From NCBI GenBank assembly GCA_964604085.1, contig CAZRXN010000002.1:5508-42657 (forward strand): a stretch of 37,150 nt of DNA. Direction: 5' to 3'. The number at the start of each line of letters is the position of its first letter. The stretch's first letter is position 1. The notes under the pieces were generated by a model. The model saw only the letters and a program-made list of their open reading frames with translations, did not search any database and had not been told where the DNA came from. Source of the stretch: an uncultured Candidatus Saccharibacteria bacterium (GTDB lineage: Bacteria > Patescibacteriota > Minisyncoccia > Phycocordibacterales > UBA2100). Of the stretch, positions 8,538 through 19,500 are shown piece by piece. Made by a program: the position numbers and the translations under genes.

Positions 8538-8945
8538 ATGCGTACACTTGCGCTTTTGGCATGCCTCGTCGGCAGCATGCTTTTTGGCCCTCCGGCCGCA
8601 CTCGCATGGGATTTGCCCCAGCAGTTCGCCTGGCAGTCTCCCTGCGGAGAGCCGCAGAATACAGCCGCGCTGATCAAGGGCTGCTATTTCGGCAAGGCCG
8701 GCTCAACCAAGCACGCGGGTCTTGCGTTCTTTCGCATCTGCGGCGCATACAAGGAGTCCGTGCCGTTTCTCATAGCGTACTTCGACAAGAATATGTATGA
8801 GTTCAATCGTGATGCGGAGGGGCGGGATACCGAGATCGGCCCGCTTTCGGATGGTCCAGCATCATCGTTCACAATCGATCCTGCACCATTCTTCGCAAAC
8901 GTCGAAGAGTGGCGAGGAACGTGTCGCGGCGGACAAGCTGCGTAG
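8538..8945 (+). CDS. Hypothetical secreted protein (signal peptide, 4 Cys)
   Basis: ORF 8481..8945. ATG 8538 gives MRTLALLACLVGSMLFGPPAALA/WDL. SD GGAGAAGGAAGGA upstream and a terminator downstream. Confidence 0.6.
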   Translation: MRTLALLACLVGSMLFGPPAALAWDLPQQFAWQSPCGEPQNTAALIKGCYFGKAGSTKHAGLAFFRICGAYKESVPFLIAYFDKNMYEFNRDAEGRDTEIGPLSDGPASSFTIDPAPFFANVEEWRGTCRGGQAA

Positions 8946-8954
8946 CGTGTACAG

Positions 8955-8982
8955 AACCGGCTGCGAAAGGCAGCCGGTTTTT
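8955..8982. terminator. Bidirectional rho-independent terminator
   Basis: Perfect 10-bp stem AACCGGCTGC (8955..8964) / GCAGCCGGTT (8970..8979), loop GAAAG, then TTT. Lies between convergent gene ends 8945 (+) and 8986 (-). Confidence 0.75.
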
Positions 8983-8985
8983 GTA

Positions 8986-10245
8986 TTAGTAATTCTTGAG
9001 CTGCTTCGCGCGCTCGTGAAAGCGTATGCGCTCAAGCGCCTTCGCCTCGATTTGGCGGATGCGCTCTCGGGTCACGCCGAACTCCCGTCCTACTTCCTCA
9101 AGGGTGTAGCAGACACCGTCATCCGTAAGGCCATTGCGCATTTCCAAAATCTTGCGCTCCTTCGGCGAGAGCTCGTCCAGGATCGCCATCATCTGCTCCG
9201 AGAGGATGCGGCGGGACGCGTCCTGATCCGGCGCGGCAATCGTCTCGTCCGCGATGAAGCTTCCGAGCGTACTGCGTTCATCGTCGTCCTCTCCCACCGG
9301 GCTCTCCAGAGAAACCGTATCCTGACTGATTTTCTGTATGGTATAAATTTTTTCTACTTCGGTGCCCATTTCTGCAGCTATTTCTTCCGGCAGCGGGTCG
9401 CGGCCGAGGTGCTGCGAGAGTTCGCGTACTTTTTGCTTGTACTTGGCAATCGTCTCCACCATGTGTACCGGAATACGGATCGTTCTCGATTGGTCTGCGA
9501 GCGCGCGCGTAATCGCCTGTCGAATCCACCAGGTCGCGTATGTGGAGAATTTATATCCCTTCGTATAATCAAACTTGTCTACCGCCTTGAAGAGACCGAG
9601 ATTTCCCTCCTGGATGAGATCGAGGAGTGAGAGATCCGGGGAACGGTTTACGTACTTTTTTGCGATTGAAACGACGAGACGGAGGTTTGAACGAGCGAGA
9701 ATGCCTCTTGCCTCGTCATCTCCCTCGACGATTCGCTTCGCGAGGTCGCGCTCCTGTTGCGCATTGAGCAGCGGGTATTGGCCGATTTCCCGCAGGTACA
9801 TCTGGACGGAATCATAGGAGCTATCGGAGCGGCGGTTCTGGAGCTTTTTGCGCTCCAAGACGCCTTCTGCACCCGAATCTTCAAGCAGCGTCCCTCCCTC
9901 GAGTACGTCGATACCCGCCGTGCCGAAACGCTCATAGATATCTTCGAGCAGCAGTACGTTGTCCTCAATCGTCGGAAATTCTCGCAAGATCTCATCATAG
10001 GTAACATAGCCGCGCTCGCGACCGAGTCGGATCAGCGCCTCTACCCGACCCTCCGATTGCACCTTCTTAGAGACGGAAGGGCGGCGGGTTGGGGCGCGCT
10101 TTGCCGTGCTGGTGCGCCGCGCATGCGTCCGGGCAGTCACCTTCCGCTTCGCGCTCGTGCGCGCAGGTGCGCGGCGTGCGCTCGCGCTTCTTGCGCGCGC
10201 AGGGGTTCGCTTCTTTTTCGATTTTGCCGATTTGAGTTGAGCCAT
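8986..10245 (-). CDS. rpoD: Primary RNA polymerase sigma factor (sigma-70 family, group 1)
   Basis: 419 aa. Region 2: [32 protein letters not shown]. Regions 3 and 4: [24 protein letters not shown]. Lys/Arg/Ala-rich N-terminal tail. Confidence 0.95.
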   Translation of the reverse strand: MAQLKSAKSKKKRTPARARSASARRAPARTSAKRKVTARTHARRTSTAKRAPTRRPSVSKKVQSEGRVEALIRLGRERGYVTYDEILREFPTIEDNVLLLEDIYERFGTAGIDVLEGGTLLEDSGAEGVLERKKLQNRRSDSSYDSVQMYLREIGQYPLLNAQQERDLAKRIVEGDDEARGILARSNLRLVVSIAKKYVNRSPDLSLLDLIQEGNLGLFKAVDKFDYTKGYKFSTYATWWIRQAITRALADQSRTIRIPVHMVETIAKYKQKVRELSQHLGRDPLPEEIAAEMGTEVEKIYTIQKISQDTVSLESPVGEDDDERSTLGSFIADETIAAPDQDASRRILSEQMMAILDELSPKERKILEMRNGLTDDGVCYTLEEVGREFGVTRERIRQIEAKALERIRFHERAKQLKNY

Positions 10246-10328
10246 AGTAGAATCAAATACCGCAATCAGTTAAGGTCACACCTTTTGAATGAAGTTGCCG
10301 TGAAGGGGCATGTCGCAAAACCAACCCA

Positions 10329-10350
10329 CCCCTCTCCTTGGAGAAAGGGG
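10329..10350 (-). promoter_or_regulatory. Intercistronic hairpin between dnaG and rpoD (possible attenuator or partial terminator)
   Basis: On the minus-strand RNA, CCCCUUUCU pairs with GGAGAGGGG (9 bp including G-U pairs) around a CCAA loop. It is followed by GGGUUGGUUUUG. Located in the 125-nt dnaG-rpoD spacer. Confidence 0.3.
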
Positions 10351-10370
10351 CGCGTGTTGTAGGGGGTATT

Positions 10371-12101
10371 TTACCCTATAGGGGAGAGGCCCGCAATCTC
10401 TCGTGTGCGCAGTGCACACTCCGCCGTGAGCGCCGCCACGCGCTGTTCATCCCCCGCCCGCTCGGCTTCTTTGAGCTCTATGGTGAGCGTATCGAGCTCC
10501 TTGGTAAGCCTCTCCCTACGTACGAGATGCAGGAGCGTCGCGCTCTCTTCTTTAATGCGCGCTTTGGCAAATAATCGCTCTGCGGAAAAGCGCAGGCGTT
10601 CGTGCTCTTCCTCCGGCAGGGAGCGAAGCCGCTTGAAGGGAGCCGCCCCGACCGCATCCTCGAGCTCTCGCGCGAACGCGGCGGCATCAATGTCTTTTTC
10701 TTTCCTTGCTTCCTGCCACAGGAGCAGCGCAAACGCTTGCTCGCCACGGCCAAGCGCATCGGAAACGGGAGCGATCGGCTCTCGCGCGTCGCCCTCCGAG
10801 GGTGCGCGGGGCATCTTTTCCCATGCCGCTGATACGGACGCTTCCGATACGCCGAGGCGCGCAGCGATGTCGCGAACGTACTGTTCCCGAGCAATCGGGC
10901 TCTCCACGTCGTACAGGAACGGGAGCACGATCCGCTCCACGAGGCGGCGGAAACGCTCTCGCGCAAGTGGCGCATCTTCACCGCTTGACGCGGCACGCCG
11001 CTCAAGCGCATCGAGCAGAAACGCGAGAATATCTTGCGCCTCGCGCACGAGCGCGCTCCACGCCTCCTTACCTCCTTCGCGCAGCACGTCGGCAGGGTCT
11101 TTACCGCCTCGTATTTCCGCGATTTTTACGTTCAGGCCCGCCTTGAGTGCCACATGCGCGGCACGAACCGCCGCCTTGAAGCCCGCCTCGTCCGCATCGA
11201 GCGCGATGACCAGGTTCTCGGTAAGACGGCGCAACAGCGTCGCATGTTCGGGCGAAAATGCGGTGCCCGACGTCGCCACAGTGTTCGCCCATCCCGCTTG
11301 GTGCGCCATTGCGAGGTCCATCTGTCCCTCGACGAGCACCGCGCATCCGGACGTACGGATGGACATCTTTGCCCGATCGAACCCGTAGAGAATCCGCGAC
11401 TTCTGGAATAAGGGGGTTTCGGGGCTGTTGAGGTACTTCGGGGCTTCGGGTTCGGACTCCGAGGAAAGTAGCCGGCCAGAGAATCCGACTACCCGCCCGG
11501 CGCTGTCGGCGATCGGAAAGAGGACCCGATTTCTGAAACGATCGTAGACTCTCCCCTGCTCTCCCCGCTTCGCGATTCCGGCATCAAGCACCTCTCGTTC
11601 GGAGAACCCCTTTGCTTTTAGATGATCGGTCATGTCGCTCCATCCCGCTCCTGAAAACCCAAGCCGAAGTGCGCGAATGGTCGCGGCTTGGAGACCGCGC
11701 TCATTCTCGAGGTATGCGAGCGCGGCGGGAGTATCTGCGAGCGAGCGCATCGCCTGTATGGTCGCCGTTTCGAGAAGCTCGTAGAGGCGGTCACGCCCCT
11801 CCGTTTTCTGTCCCCGCTCCCACGTGAGCGGAACACCCGCTTTCTCGGCGAGAAGCTTTAGCGCTCCTTTAAAATCGAGTCCCTCTATCTGCTCGACAAA
11901 CGTGAATATGTCTCCCCCTGCTCCGCAGCCGAAGCAGTGGTACGTCCCCCGGTCGGGCGAGACATGGAAAGACGGGGTGCGCTCCGCATGAAAGGGGCAG
12001 CGCGCGCGCAATGATGAACCGGCCCTCTCAAGCTTTATGTACTGACCCACGACATCCTCTATGGAGAGCTTGTCTTTAATGTGTTGAACGGTATCGGCCA
12101 T
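10371..12101 (-). CDS. dnaG: DNA primase
   Basis: 576 aa. CHC2 zinc finger CPFHAERTPSFHVSPDRGTYHCFGCGAGGD. TOPRIM region VLVEGQMDLA ... VIALDADEAG. Confidence 0.95.
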   Translation of the reverse strand: MADTVQHIKDKLSIEDVVGQYIKLERAGSSLRARCPFHAERTPSFHVSPDRGTYHCFGCGAGGDIFTFVEQIEGLDFKGALKLLAEKAGVPLTWERGQKTEGRDRLYELLETATIQAMRSLADTPAALAYLENERGLQAATIRALRLGFSGAGWSDMTDHLKAKGFSEREVLDAGIAKRGEQGRVYDRFRNRVLFPIADSAGRVVGFSGRLLSSESEPEAPKYLNSPETPLFQKSRILYGFDRAKMSIRTSGCAVLVEGQMDLAMAHQAGWANTVATSGTAFSPEHATLLRRLTENLVIALDADEAGFKAAVRAAHVALKAGLNVKIAEIRGGKDPADVLREGGKEAWSALVREAQDILAFLLDALERRAASSGEDAPLARERFRRLVERIVLPFLYDVESPIAREQYVRDIAARLGVSEASVSAAWEKMPRAPSEGDAREPIAPVSDALGRGEQAFALLLWQEARKEKDIDAAAFARELEDAVGAAPFKRLRSLPEEEHERLRFSAERLFAKARIKEESATLLHLVRRERLTKELDTLTIELKEAERAGDEQRVAALTAECALRTREIAGLSPIG

Positions 12102-12119
12102 AGTTCATGCTGTCTTACC

Positions 12120-12148
12120 TTGTCTATAGTATGCATTAAATCTAGGAT
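12120..12148 (+). promoter_or_regulatory. Candidate promoter TTGTCT-17 nt-TAGGAT (contains a CTATAGTAT element)
   Basis: Lies in the divergent 95-nt region between dnaG (start 12101) and the regulator gene (ATG 12197, SD GAGAAGGGAG). Weak match to consensus. Confidence 0.3.
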
Positions 12149-12196
12149 CCGCGCCCGCGGGACGGATCGTTGAACGGCTAGAGAAGGGAGCAACCC

Positions 12197-12841
12197 ATGA
12201 AAATGCAGTTCCAGAGGAGCGGAGGCGTCGCTTCGCGGCGTTTTGTGCGCGGCCCTTTCGGCACCATCGATATAGGGACCCTTCCGGGTTCCCCGGCGGG
12301 ACGCTGGGGCATCCGAAGGAAGGCAGAGCTGCATGCGGCGATCGTGAGCCGCATACTCTCTTTCGACGAAGCGTCGCTTCGCTACGCCTTGTCTCGTACG
12401 GAATTGGGTGCCTGGCACACGCTGATCAAATCAGGAGGGTTTCCGGCGCTCGGAAGTTCTAAAACGCAAATCGAAAGTGTAGGCGCCGGATCCGCAGCGC
12501 GCATGATTGAAGAAGCGTGGCCAAGTGATTCAGTGGAGTCGTTCGGAAACCTAACGCTCGACTACACGCACCAAAAAGCGCTCGCGCACGGTGTGCAGCT
12601 CGCGCTCACGAACCTCCAATACTCGATTCTTGAGCTTCTCGCGCTTTGCGCCGGATACGTGGTAACGAGAGCGATGCTACTCGATTACCTCTACGGGACG
12701 GTCGGCAATGGGGAGCCCGAAATGAAAATAATCGACGTCGAGGTTTGCCGCATGCGCGCACAGATCGCGAAAAAAACAGGTGCGGCGTACATACGCACCG
12801 TTTGGGGACGAGGGTATCTATTCATGACCCCCTCTGCCTGA
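12197..12841 (+). CDS. Receiver-less OmpR/PhoB-type winged-helix DNA-binding protein with an N-terminal DUF1153-like HTH region
   Basis: 214 aa. C-terminus LTNLQYSILELL ... VVTRAMLLDYLYG ... KIIDVEVCRMRAQI ... IRTVWGRGYLF matches the Trans_reg_C pattern. N-terminus LPGSPAGRWGIRRKAELHAAIVSRILSFDEASLRYALSRTELGAWHTLI resembles DUF1153. No D-D-K receiver motifs. Confidence 0.75.
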   Translation: MKMQFQRSGGVASRRFVRGPFGTIDIGTLPGSPAGRWGIRRKAELHAAIVSRILSFDEASLRYALSRTELGAWHTLIKSGGFPALGSSKTQIESVGAGSAARMIEEAWPSDSVESFGNLTLDYTHQKALAHGVQLALTNLQYSILELLALCAGYVVTRAMLLDYLYGTVGNGEPEMKIIDVEVCRMRAQIAKKTGAAYIRTVWGRGYLFMTPSA

Positions 12842-12847
12842 ACCTCG

Positions 12848-12871
12848 AGAGCCGGGCGTATGCCCGGCTCT
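12848..12871. terminator. Bidirectional hairpin terminator
   Basis: Perfect 10-bp stem AGAGCCGGGC (12848..12857) / GCCCGGCTCT (12862..12871), loop GTAT. Lies between convergent ends 12841 (+) and 12875 (-). Confidence 0.65.
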
Positions 12872-12874
12872 TCG

Positions 12875-15800
12875 CTACTCTATCTCTTCCCTGCTGCCCG
12901 CGTCGAACGACTTCTGGAGCTCGCGAATCATTTCGCTCTTACGGCTCCCTTCGAAGCCTGTTCCCGCAGGTATCAAACGCCCGATGATGACGTTCTCCTT
13001 GAGGCCCACGAGCCGGTCAACCGCTCCCGATACCGCTGCTTCGGCAAGTTTGCGCGGCGTATTTTGGAACGAAATCGCAGATAGGAAGGAGGCGCGCGTG
13101 AGCGACACTTCGGTGATTCCCATGAGAAGCTGCTTTGCCTTTGCTTCCGTAGAGCCCGCTTCCTTGGCGCTCTTGTTGATACGATCCAGCTCGAAGTCGG
13201 CAATCGTCTCGCCTACCGATACGCCGGTGTCGCCGGATGCCGTTACGGATACGCGGGAGAACATCTGCTTCACGATAATCTCGAGGTGCTTGCGCGCGGT
13301 GGAGACGCCCTGCAATTCGTAAATACGGGTGATCTCGTTGATGATGTACTCCTGGGCGCGCTCCTTACCCGCGAGCGTGAAAAGCTCTTCGAGATCCGCG
13401 GAGCCGTCCGAGAGGAAGTCGCCCTTTTCGACAGTCTGTCCTTCCTTCACGAGCACCTGGCGGGCAGGGTGGACACGATACTCCGTGTCGCGCTTCGCTG
13501 CCTTGCCGGTCTTCGTAGTAACGGTTTCGGGAATGATGGTGATTACCGTTTCCTGCCCCTCGCGTGCGACGCTACCGATGACCCCGTCGACGCGTGCGAT
13601 CGCAGCCGGAAGCTTCGGCGTGCGCGCTTCAAATACTTCTTCGACGCGCGGCAGACCCATGGTGATGTCGCCTCCCGCGGTAGCGACGCCTCCGGTATGG
13701 AAGGTGCGCATGGTGAGCTGGGTGCCCGGCTCGCCGATGGCTTGTGCGGCGATGACCCCGACCGATTCTCCAACATCGATCATTGCACCTGTCGTGAGAT
13801 CTTCGCCGTAGCAGAGCTGGCAGACGCCGCGGTGCACCTTGCAGGTCATCGGGGAGCGGACGGTAACGCCGGCAATATCGCTCTTTTCTACCGCTTCCGC
13901 ATCATCGTGCGAAAGGAGGTGGTTGCGCTTGAACGAGACGGCACCATCAGACGAGGAAACGTCGCTCGTAAGGGTGCGCCCCGAAATGCGGTCTGCGAAC
14001 GAGCCGCCGATATTCTCCTTTCCGGGTCGCAGGATCTCCACGCCCTCCCGTGTGCCGCAATCTGCCTCGAGCACGACCACGTCGTGTGCGACGTCGAACA
14101 AACGTCTCGTGAGGTACCCGGCGCGAGCCGTATTGAGTGCGGTGTCAGCGAGTCCTTTCCGTGCTCCGTGTGTCGAAATAAAGTATTCGATCGGAGTCAA
14201 ACCCTCCTTGAGCGAGGAAGTGATCGGGAATTCGATGATCTCGCCCCGAGGGTTCGTGATAAGGCCTTTCATACCTGCCATCTGATGGAGCTGCACGACG
14301 GAGCCGCGAGCGCCTGAGGTGATCATGTTATGCACCGAGCCCTGTGGATCGAGCGTATCGAGGAGGTGCGAGCGGAGCTCGGAAGACACTTTCCCCCAGA
14401 TCTCGATCGTGGAGCGCTTACGTTCATCGTTGGTGAGGAGACCCCCCTCGTAGTTCTCCCACTCACGCGCGACTTGCTCCTGCCCCGCCTTTACGAGCGC
14501 CTCCTTCTCGGGCGGCACCGTTACATCGGAGAGCGACCAGGTGATTCCGGCGTGCGTGGCATAGCGGAACCCGAATCGTTTGATGGAGTCGAGGATCTTG
14601 GGGATGCCATCGAGCTGATAGTGGTTCACAAGCTCCTGGACGAGTCGGCCCATACGCTTATTGGTGATTTCTTCGTTTATGTACGGGAAGTCGTTCGGCA
14701 GCACCGAGTTGAAAAGCAGGCGACCGACGGTCGTCTCGAAGAGAGCACCTTCGAACTGCGCATATTTTTTATTCTCCGAAGGAAGAACGCGGATCGGCGC
14801 GCGCAAATCGATCGCCCCGAAATCATAGGCGGTAATCGCCGCGTTTGTAGTGGGAAATGCACTACCCTCGCCCTTCGTGCCCGGGACCGCCTTCGTCATC
14901 CAGTAGCAGCCGAGTACGATGTCGAGAAGTTTCGACGCTACGACGACATCGCCGCTACCCGGCTTGAGAACGTTCTTGTTCGCCGACATTATCTTGGCAG
15001 CTTCCATCTGCGCCTCTTCCGAGAGCGGCACGTGTACCGCCATAGCGTCGCCGTCGAAGTCCGCATTGTACGCGGGGCAAACGAGCGGATGCACCTGAAT
15101 CGCGTTTCCTTCTATAAGGACGGGACGGAAGGCCTGTATGGACTGGCGATGGAGCGTCGGTGCGCGATTGAGTAGTACGTACTTGCCCGCGATCGCCTCC
15201 TCAAGAATCGGCCACACCTCGGGCGCCTCATCTTCGATAAGACGACCGGCACCGCGGATGTTGTATGCATGCTCGCGCGCGAGCAGCCCCTGAATCACGA
15301 ACGGGCGGAAGAGCTCCAACACCATGTGCTTGGGGAGCCCGCACTCATCGAGTGCGAGGTCGGGACCGACCACGATCACCGAGCGGCCCGAGTAATCGAC
15401 GCGCTTGCCGAGGAGATTCTGCCGGAGGTAACCATGCTTGCCCTTGAGGTAATCCGCGAGCGATTTCAAAGCGCGGCGACGGCCGCCGAGAATACCGAGC
15501 GCACCGCTGCCCCGGCGCATGGAGTTGTCGAGGAGCGCATCGACTGCTTCCTGAAGAATGCGTTTCTCATTGCGCAAGATTACCTCCGGCGCGTGGATCG
15601 CGAGCAGGCGCTTGAGACGGTTATTTCGGTTGATGACGCGCCGATAGAGATCGTTAAGATCGCTCGACGCGTGGCGGCCGCCTTCGAGCGCGACCATCGG
15701 GCGCAACGCAGGCGGGACGACTGGGAGGCGCACCATAAACATCCACTCGGGGCGCACCCCGGCGCGCTGCATGGCTTGTGCAAGTGCGAGCCGCTTGCGG

Positions 15801-16570
15801 AGCTTGTCCCGCTCCCCTGCTCCCGCTTTTTCGAGGTCGGTCCGGAGCCGATCAATAAACTTCTCGAGATCGATTTGCTTCAAAATGCTGTAGAGCGCCT
15901 CCGCGCCGATTGCGGCTCGGAACATCGCCCCGTACTTCACGGCAAACAGGTGGTATGCCGCTTCATCGAGCACCACGCCCTGCTGGATGGACTCTATGTC
16001 CTTCTTCGCCTTCGTCGCAAGTTCCTTGACGCGCGTCTTTTCGTCCGCATTTTTCGCTTCCTTCGTACGCGTTTGAAATTCCTGGTCGAGATCCTTGAGG
16101 AGCCGCTGCCTCTCGCCCTCGTCTACCGACGTAACGATGTAGCCCGCGAAATAGACTACCTTCTCCACTTCGGCGGCGGAAAGTCCGAGCATGAGGGCGA
16201 TGCGCGAAGGAATGCCGCGCAGGAACCAGATGTGGGACACCGGTGTCGCGAGCTCGATGTGGCCCATGCGTTCCCGGCGCACGATGGCTCGGGTGATTTC
16301 TACGCCGCACTTCTCGCAGACGATGCCGCGGAAGCGAATGCCCCGGTACTTGCCGCAGTAGCACTCGTAGTCTTTTTCAGGGCCGAACACGCGCTCGTCG
16401 AAGAGACCGTTCTTCTCCGGCCGCTGCGTCCGGTAATTGATCGTCTCGGGCTTCGTGATCTCGCCGTGGGACCATTCGATGATCCGCTCCGGCGACGCGA
16501 GGCGCATGACCACCGCATCGAAATCCTGCGGGATCGCGTCCTTTCTGCTGAATTGTGTTCTCTGTTGCAT
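12875..16570 (-). CDS. rpoC: DNA-directed RNA polymerase subunit beta-prime
   Basis: 1231 aa. Zn-finger [10 protein letters not shown] ... CEKCGV, catalytic [12 protein letters not shown], and trigger-loop/bridge-helix-like regions. Confidence 0.97.
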   Translation of the reverse strand: MQQRTQFSRKDAIPQDFDAVVMRLASPERIIEWSHGEITKPETINYRTQRPEKNGLFDERVFGPEKDYECYCGKYRGIRFRGIVCEKCGVEITRAIVRRERMGHIELATPVSHIWFLRGIPSRIALMLGLSAAEVEKVVYFAGYIVTSVDEGERQRLLKDLDQEFQTRTKEAKNADEKTRVKELATKAKKDIESIQQGVVLDEAAYHLFAVKYGAMFRAAIGAEALYSILKQIDLEKFIDRLRTDLEKAGAGERDKLRKRLALAQAMQRAGVRPEWMFMVRLPVVPPALRPMVALEGGRHASSDLNDLYRRVINRNNRLKRLLAIHAPEVILRNEKRILQEAVDALLDNSMRRGSGALGILGGRRRALKSLADYLKGKHGYLRQNLLGKRVDYSGRSVIVVGPDLALDECGLPKHMVLELFRPFVIQGLLAREHAYNIRGAGRLIEDEAPEVWPILEEAIAGKYVLLNRAPTLHRQSIQAFRPVLIEGNAIQVHPLVCPAYNADFDGDAMAVHVPLSEEAQMEAAKIMSANKNVLKPGSGDVVVASKLLDIVLGCYWMTKAVPGTKGEGSAFPTTNAAITAYDFGAIDLRAPIRVLPSENKKYAQFEGALFETTVGRLLFNSVLPNDFPYINEEITNKRMGRLVQELVNHYQLDGIPKILDSIKRFGFRYATHAGITWSLSDVTVPPEKEALVKAGQEQVAREWENYEGGLLTNDERKRSTIEIWGKVSSELRSHLLDTLDPQGSVHNMITSGARGSVVQLHQMAGMKGLITNPRGEIIEFPITSSLKEGLTPIEYFISTHGARKGLADTALNTARAGYLTRRLFDVAHDVVVLEADCGTREGVEILRPGKENIGGSFADRISGRTLTSDVSSSDGAVSFKRNHLLSHDDAEAVEKSDIAGVTVRSPMTCKVHRGVCQLCYGEDLTTGAMIDVGESVGVIAAQAIGEPGTQLTMRTFHTGGVATAGGDITMGLPRVEEVFEARTPKLPAAIARVDGVIGSVAREGQETVITIIPETVTTKTGKAAKRDTEYRVHPARQVLVKEGQTVEKGDFLSDGSADLEELFTLAGKERAQEYIINEITRIYELQGVSTARKHLEIIVKQMFSRVSVTASGDTGVSVGETIADFELDRINKSAKEAGSTEAKAKQLLMGITEVSLTRASFLSAISFQNTPRKLAEAAVSGAVDRLVGLKENVIIGRLIPAGTGFEGSRKSEMIRELQKSFDAGSREEIE

Positions 16571-16588
16571 ATAGGTGTATTGCCGGAG

Positions 16589-19500
16589 CTAATAAGTTTC
16601 TATTTGTCGTCCCTCCTCCATAAATTCGATATCGATGCCGAGACCGCGCAGATGGCGTACGAGGACATTGAAGGTCGCGGGCGTGTTGGTTTCCTTGATG
16701 CGCTCACCGGAGACGATCGCGTCGAATGCGGCGCTGCGTCCCAGGATGTCGTCGGACTTGTAGGTGAGAATCTCCCGCAGCGAGTACGCCGCACCGTAGC
16801 CGAGGAACGCCCAGACTTCCATTTCTCCCACACGCTGTCCGCCGTTTTGCGCCTTACCCCCGAGCGGCTGCTGGGTCGTAAGCGAGTACGGGCCGATAGA
16901 GCGCATGTGGATCTTGTCCTCCACCATGTGGTGCAGCTTCAGCATATACATCACCCCGACAGATACGGGCTGCGCGAAAGGCTCGCCTGTGCGGCCGTCG
17001 AAGAGCGTGAATTTCCCGGTTTCGTTGAATCCCGCAGACTTCAGCTCCTCGCGGATTTCCTCTTCGGTCGCGCCTGCGAATGAAGGTACGACGGCCTGGT
17101 AGCCACCCGCGGTCGCCGCGAGCCCAAGGTGCAGCTCGAGGATCTGTCCGAGATTCATACGGGAAGGTACGCCAAGCGGCGTGAGAATGATGTCCACCGG
17201 CTCGCCGTTCTCGTCGTACGGCATGTCTTCTTCGGGAAGCACGCGCGAAATGACGCCCTTGTTTCCGTGCCGCCCTGCGAGCTTGTCGCCGACGGAAATC
17301 GTTCGGAGCTGCGCCACTTCGACGTGTACGCGCTTGATGACGCCGCTCTCGAGCTGGTCGCCGTTCTCCCGCGAGAATACTTTGATGCCTACGATCCGGC
17401 CCCGCTTCCCGCCCTCCATGCGCATGGACGTATCTTTCACATCCTTCGCCTTCTCTCCGAAAATCGCATGCAAGAGGCGCTCCTCAGGCGAGAGCTGGGT
17501 CTCGCCTTTCGGCGTTACCTTGCCGACAAGTATATCGCCGGGACGGACCTCCGCGCCAATGCGCACAACGCCCTCCTCATCGAGATTGCGCAGTTTGAAT
17601 TCGCTCACGTTCGGAATGTCATGCGTGGTCACTTCCGGACCAAGCTTCGTGTCGCGCACGACGCAGATAAACTCCTCCATGTGAATGGAGGTAAAGCGCG
17701 CGTCTTTTGCGAGCCGCTCTGAAATGACGATCGCATCTTCGTAGTTCGCGCCGAACCACGGCAGGAACGCGACGCGGACATTCTGACCGATCGCGAGTTG
17801 GCCATTCGAGGATGTAGAGGCGTCCGCGAGCACATCTCCGCGCTTCACCGAATCCCCGACAGAAATGAGCGGCCGCTGGTGGAAGGTCGTGAAGCCGTTG
17901 GTTCGGGAGAAATTTACGAGCTCGTACTCTTTCGTCTTGCCGTCATTGTTCTTCACTTTGATGAGCCGCGCATCGACATAGGTAACCTCGCCCGCTTCCT
18001 TTGCCAGTACGAGGCGTCCGGAATCGCGTGCGGCTTCGCTCTCGATTCCCGTGGCAACGACGGGGGCCTCCGGCGTGATGACCGGGACGGCTTGCTTTTG
18101 CATGTTCGAGCCCATGAGCGCGCGGTTCGCGTCGTCATTCTCCACGAAGGGGATGAGCGACGTAGCGACCGAAAACGGCTGATTCGTCGCAACCTCCATG
18201 AAATCGACTTCTTCGCGCTCCACCAGTTTCGGCTCGCCTTCTTTGCGAACCTCAACGAGCCGCTCCGTGATCTTTCCGCTCTCGTCGCGGGTAGTGCCAG
18301 CGTGCGCGATGGCGTACTGCTCTTCCTCGAGCGCGTTCATGTATACGATTTCTTTCGTAACCTTTCCCTTCTCAACCTTCGCATACGGAGTCTCGATGAT
18401 GCCAAACTCATTGGGTCGGGCGTACAAGCTCATGTGGAGTACCAGGCCGATGTTCTTTCCTTCAGGGGTGTGGATCGGGCATACGCGGCCGTAGTGCGAG
18501 GCGTGAACGTCGCGCACTTCCAGGCCCGCGCGCTCCGACGTGAGACCGCCGCGACCGAGCGTAGAGAGCGTGCGCAGATGCTCGATTTCATCGAGGGTGT
18601 TGTACTGCTGCATGAGCTGGGAGAGCTGATCCGTCGTGAAGAATTCGCGCACTGAGGCCTGGAACGGGCGAGGATTCACGAACTGCACGGGCAAGATCGT
18701 CTCCGCATCCACCATCGCCATGCGGTCCTGGATGTTGCGCTTCATGCGGGAGAGCCCGATGCGCATGCGTTGCTCAAGCAGCTCGCCGACGAAACGCACC
18801 CGGCGAAAACCGAGGTGGTCGATGTCGTCGCTAGTCGCTTCCGGGTCCGCGTTCTGCTCCGCGATGTGATTGACGATTCGCACCACATCATCGAGCGAGA
18901 GCGACGAGCGTGCGAGGTCCTTTTCCGACGTGCCAAGACCAAAGCGGCGATTGAAATGGAAGCGCCCGACTCGGGAGAGGTCGTAACGCTCCGCCGAAAG
19001 TGTGGATTCTACGTGATCCCGCGCCGAATCCGGCGTTGCGATATCCCCATCGCGAAGGCGTCGATAAATCTCGACGAATGCTTCTTCGGTCGTTTTCGCG
19101 TGGTCATGCGTAAGGGTTGTTGCGATGGTGTCGCGGCCCGCAGCGTTCGCGAACGCGCCTTGAATTTCCTTGTCTGTCGCGAGACCAAGCACGCGCAGGA
19201 GTGTCGTGATCGGGAATCGGCGCTTCCGATCGATTTTGACGTACATGCCGCCGTCGGGATCGGATTCGATCTCGATCCACACGCCGCGCGACGGAATAAC
19301 TTTCGCAGCGAAATAATTCTTACCCTTGTACGGGACCGCCTCGAAGAAGACACCGTAGGATCGTGCGAGCTGCGGGACGATTATGCGTTCGACGCCGTTG
19401 ATGATGAACGTACCGTGGTCGGTCATCCACGGAAAATCCGCGAGGAATATCTCCTGTTCTTTCTCCTCTCCGGTGGTCTTGTTCTTGAGGTGCGCGACGA

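Noticed and set aside
8797-9630. 277-aa plus-strand ORF overlapping the end of the secreted-protein gene and rpoD
   Set aside because: It is antisense to the highly conserved rpoD regions 2-4, and it reads through the strong bidirectional terminator at 8955..8982.
10405-11388. 327-aa plus-strand ORF rich in Ser/Arg/Ala
   Set aside because: It is antisense to dnaG, is low-complexity and has no translation signals.
13286-15175. Plus-strand ORFs 13286..14317 (343 aa) and 14330..15175 (281 aa)
   Set aside because: Both are antisense to rpoC. They have no motifs and no start-site signals, so I treat them as GC-driven shadow ORFs.
15269-17083. 604-aa plus-strand ORF, one of the longest in the track
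   Set aside because: It lies entirely antisense to rpoC and rpoB, whose products are unmistakable. Its composition is Arg/Ala/Leu/Glu-rich with no recognisable motifs, which is typical of shadow ORFs in GC-rich DNA.
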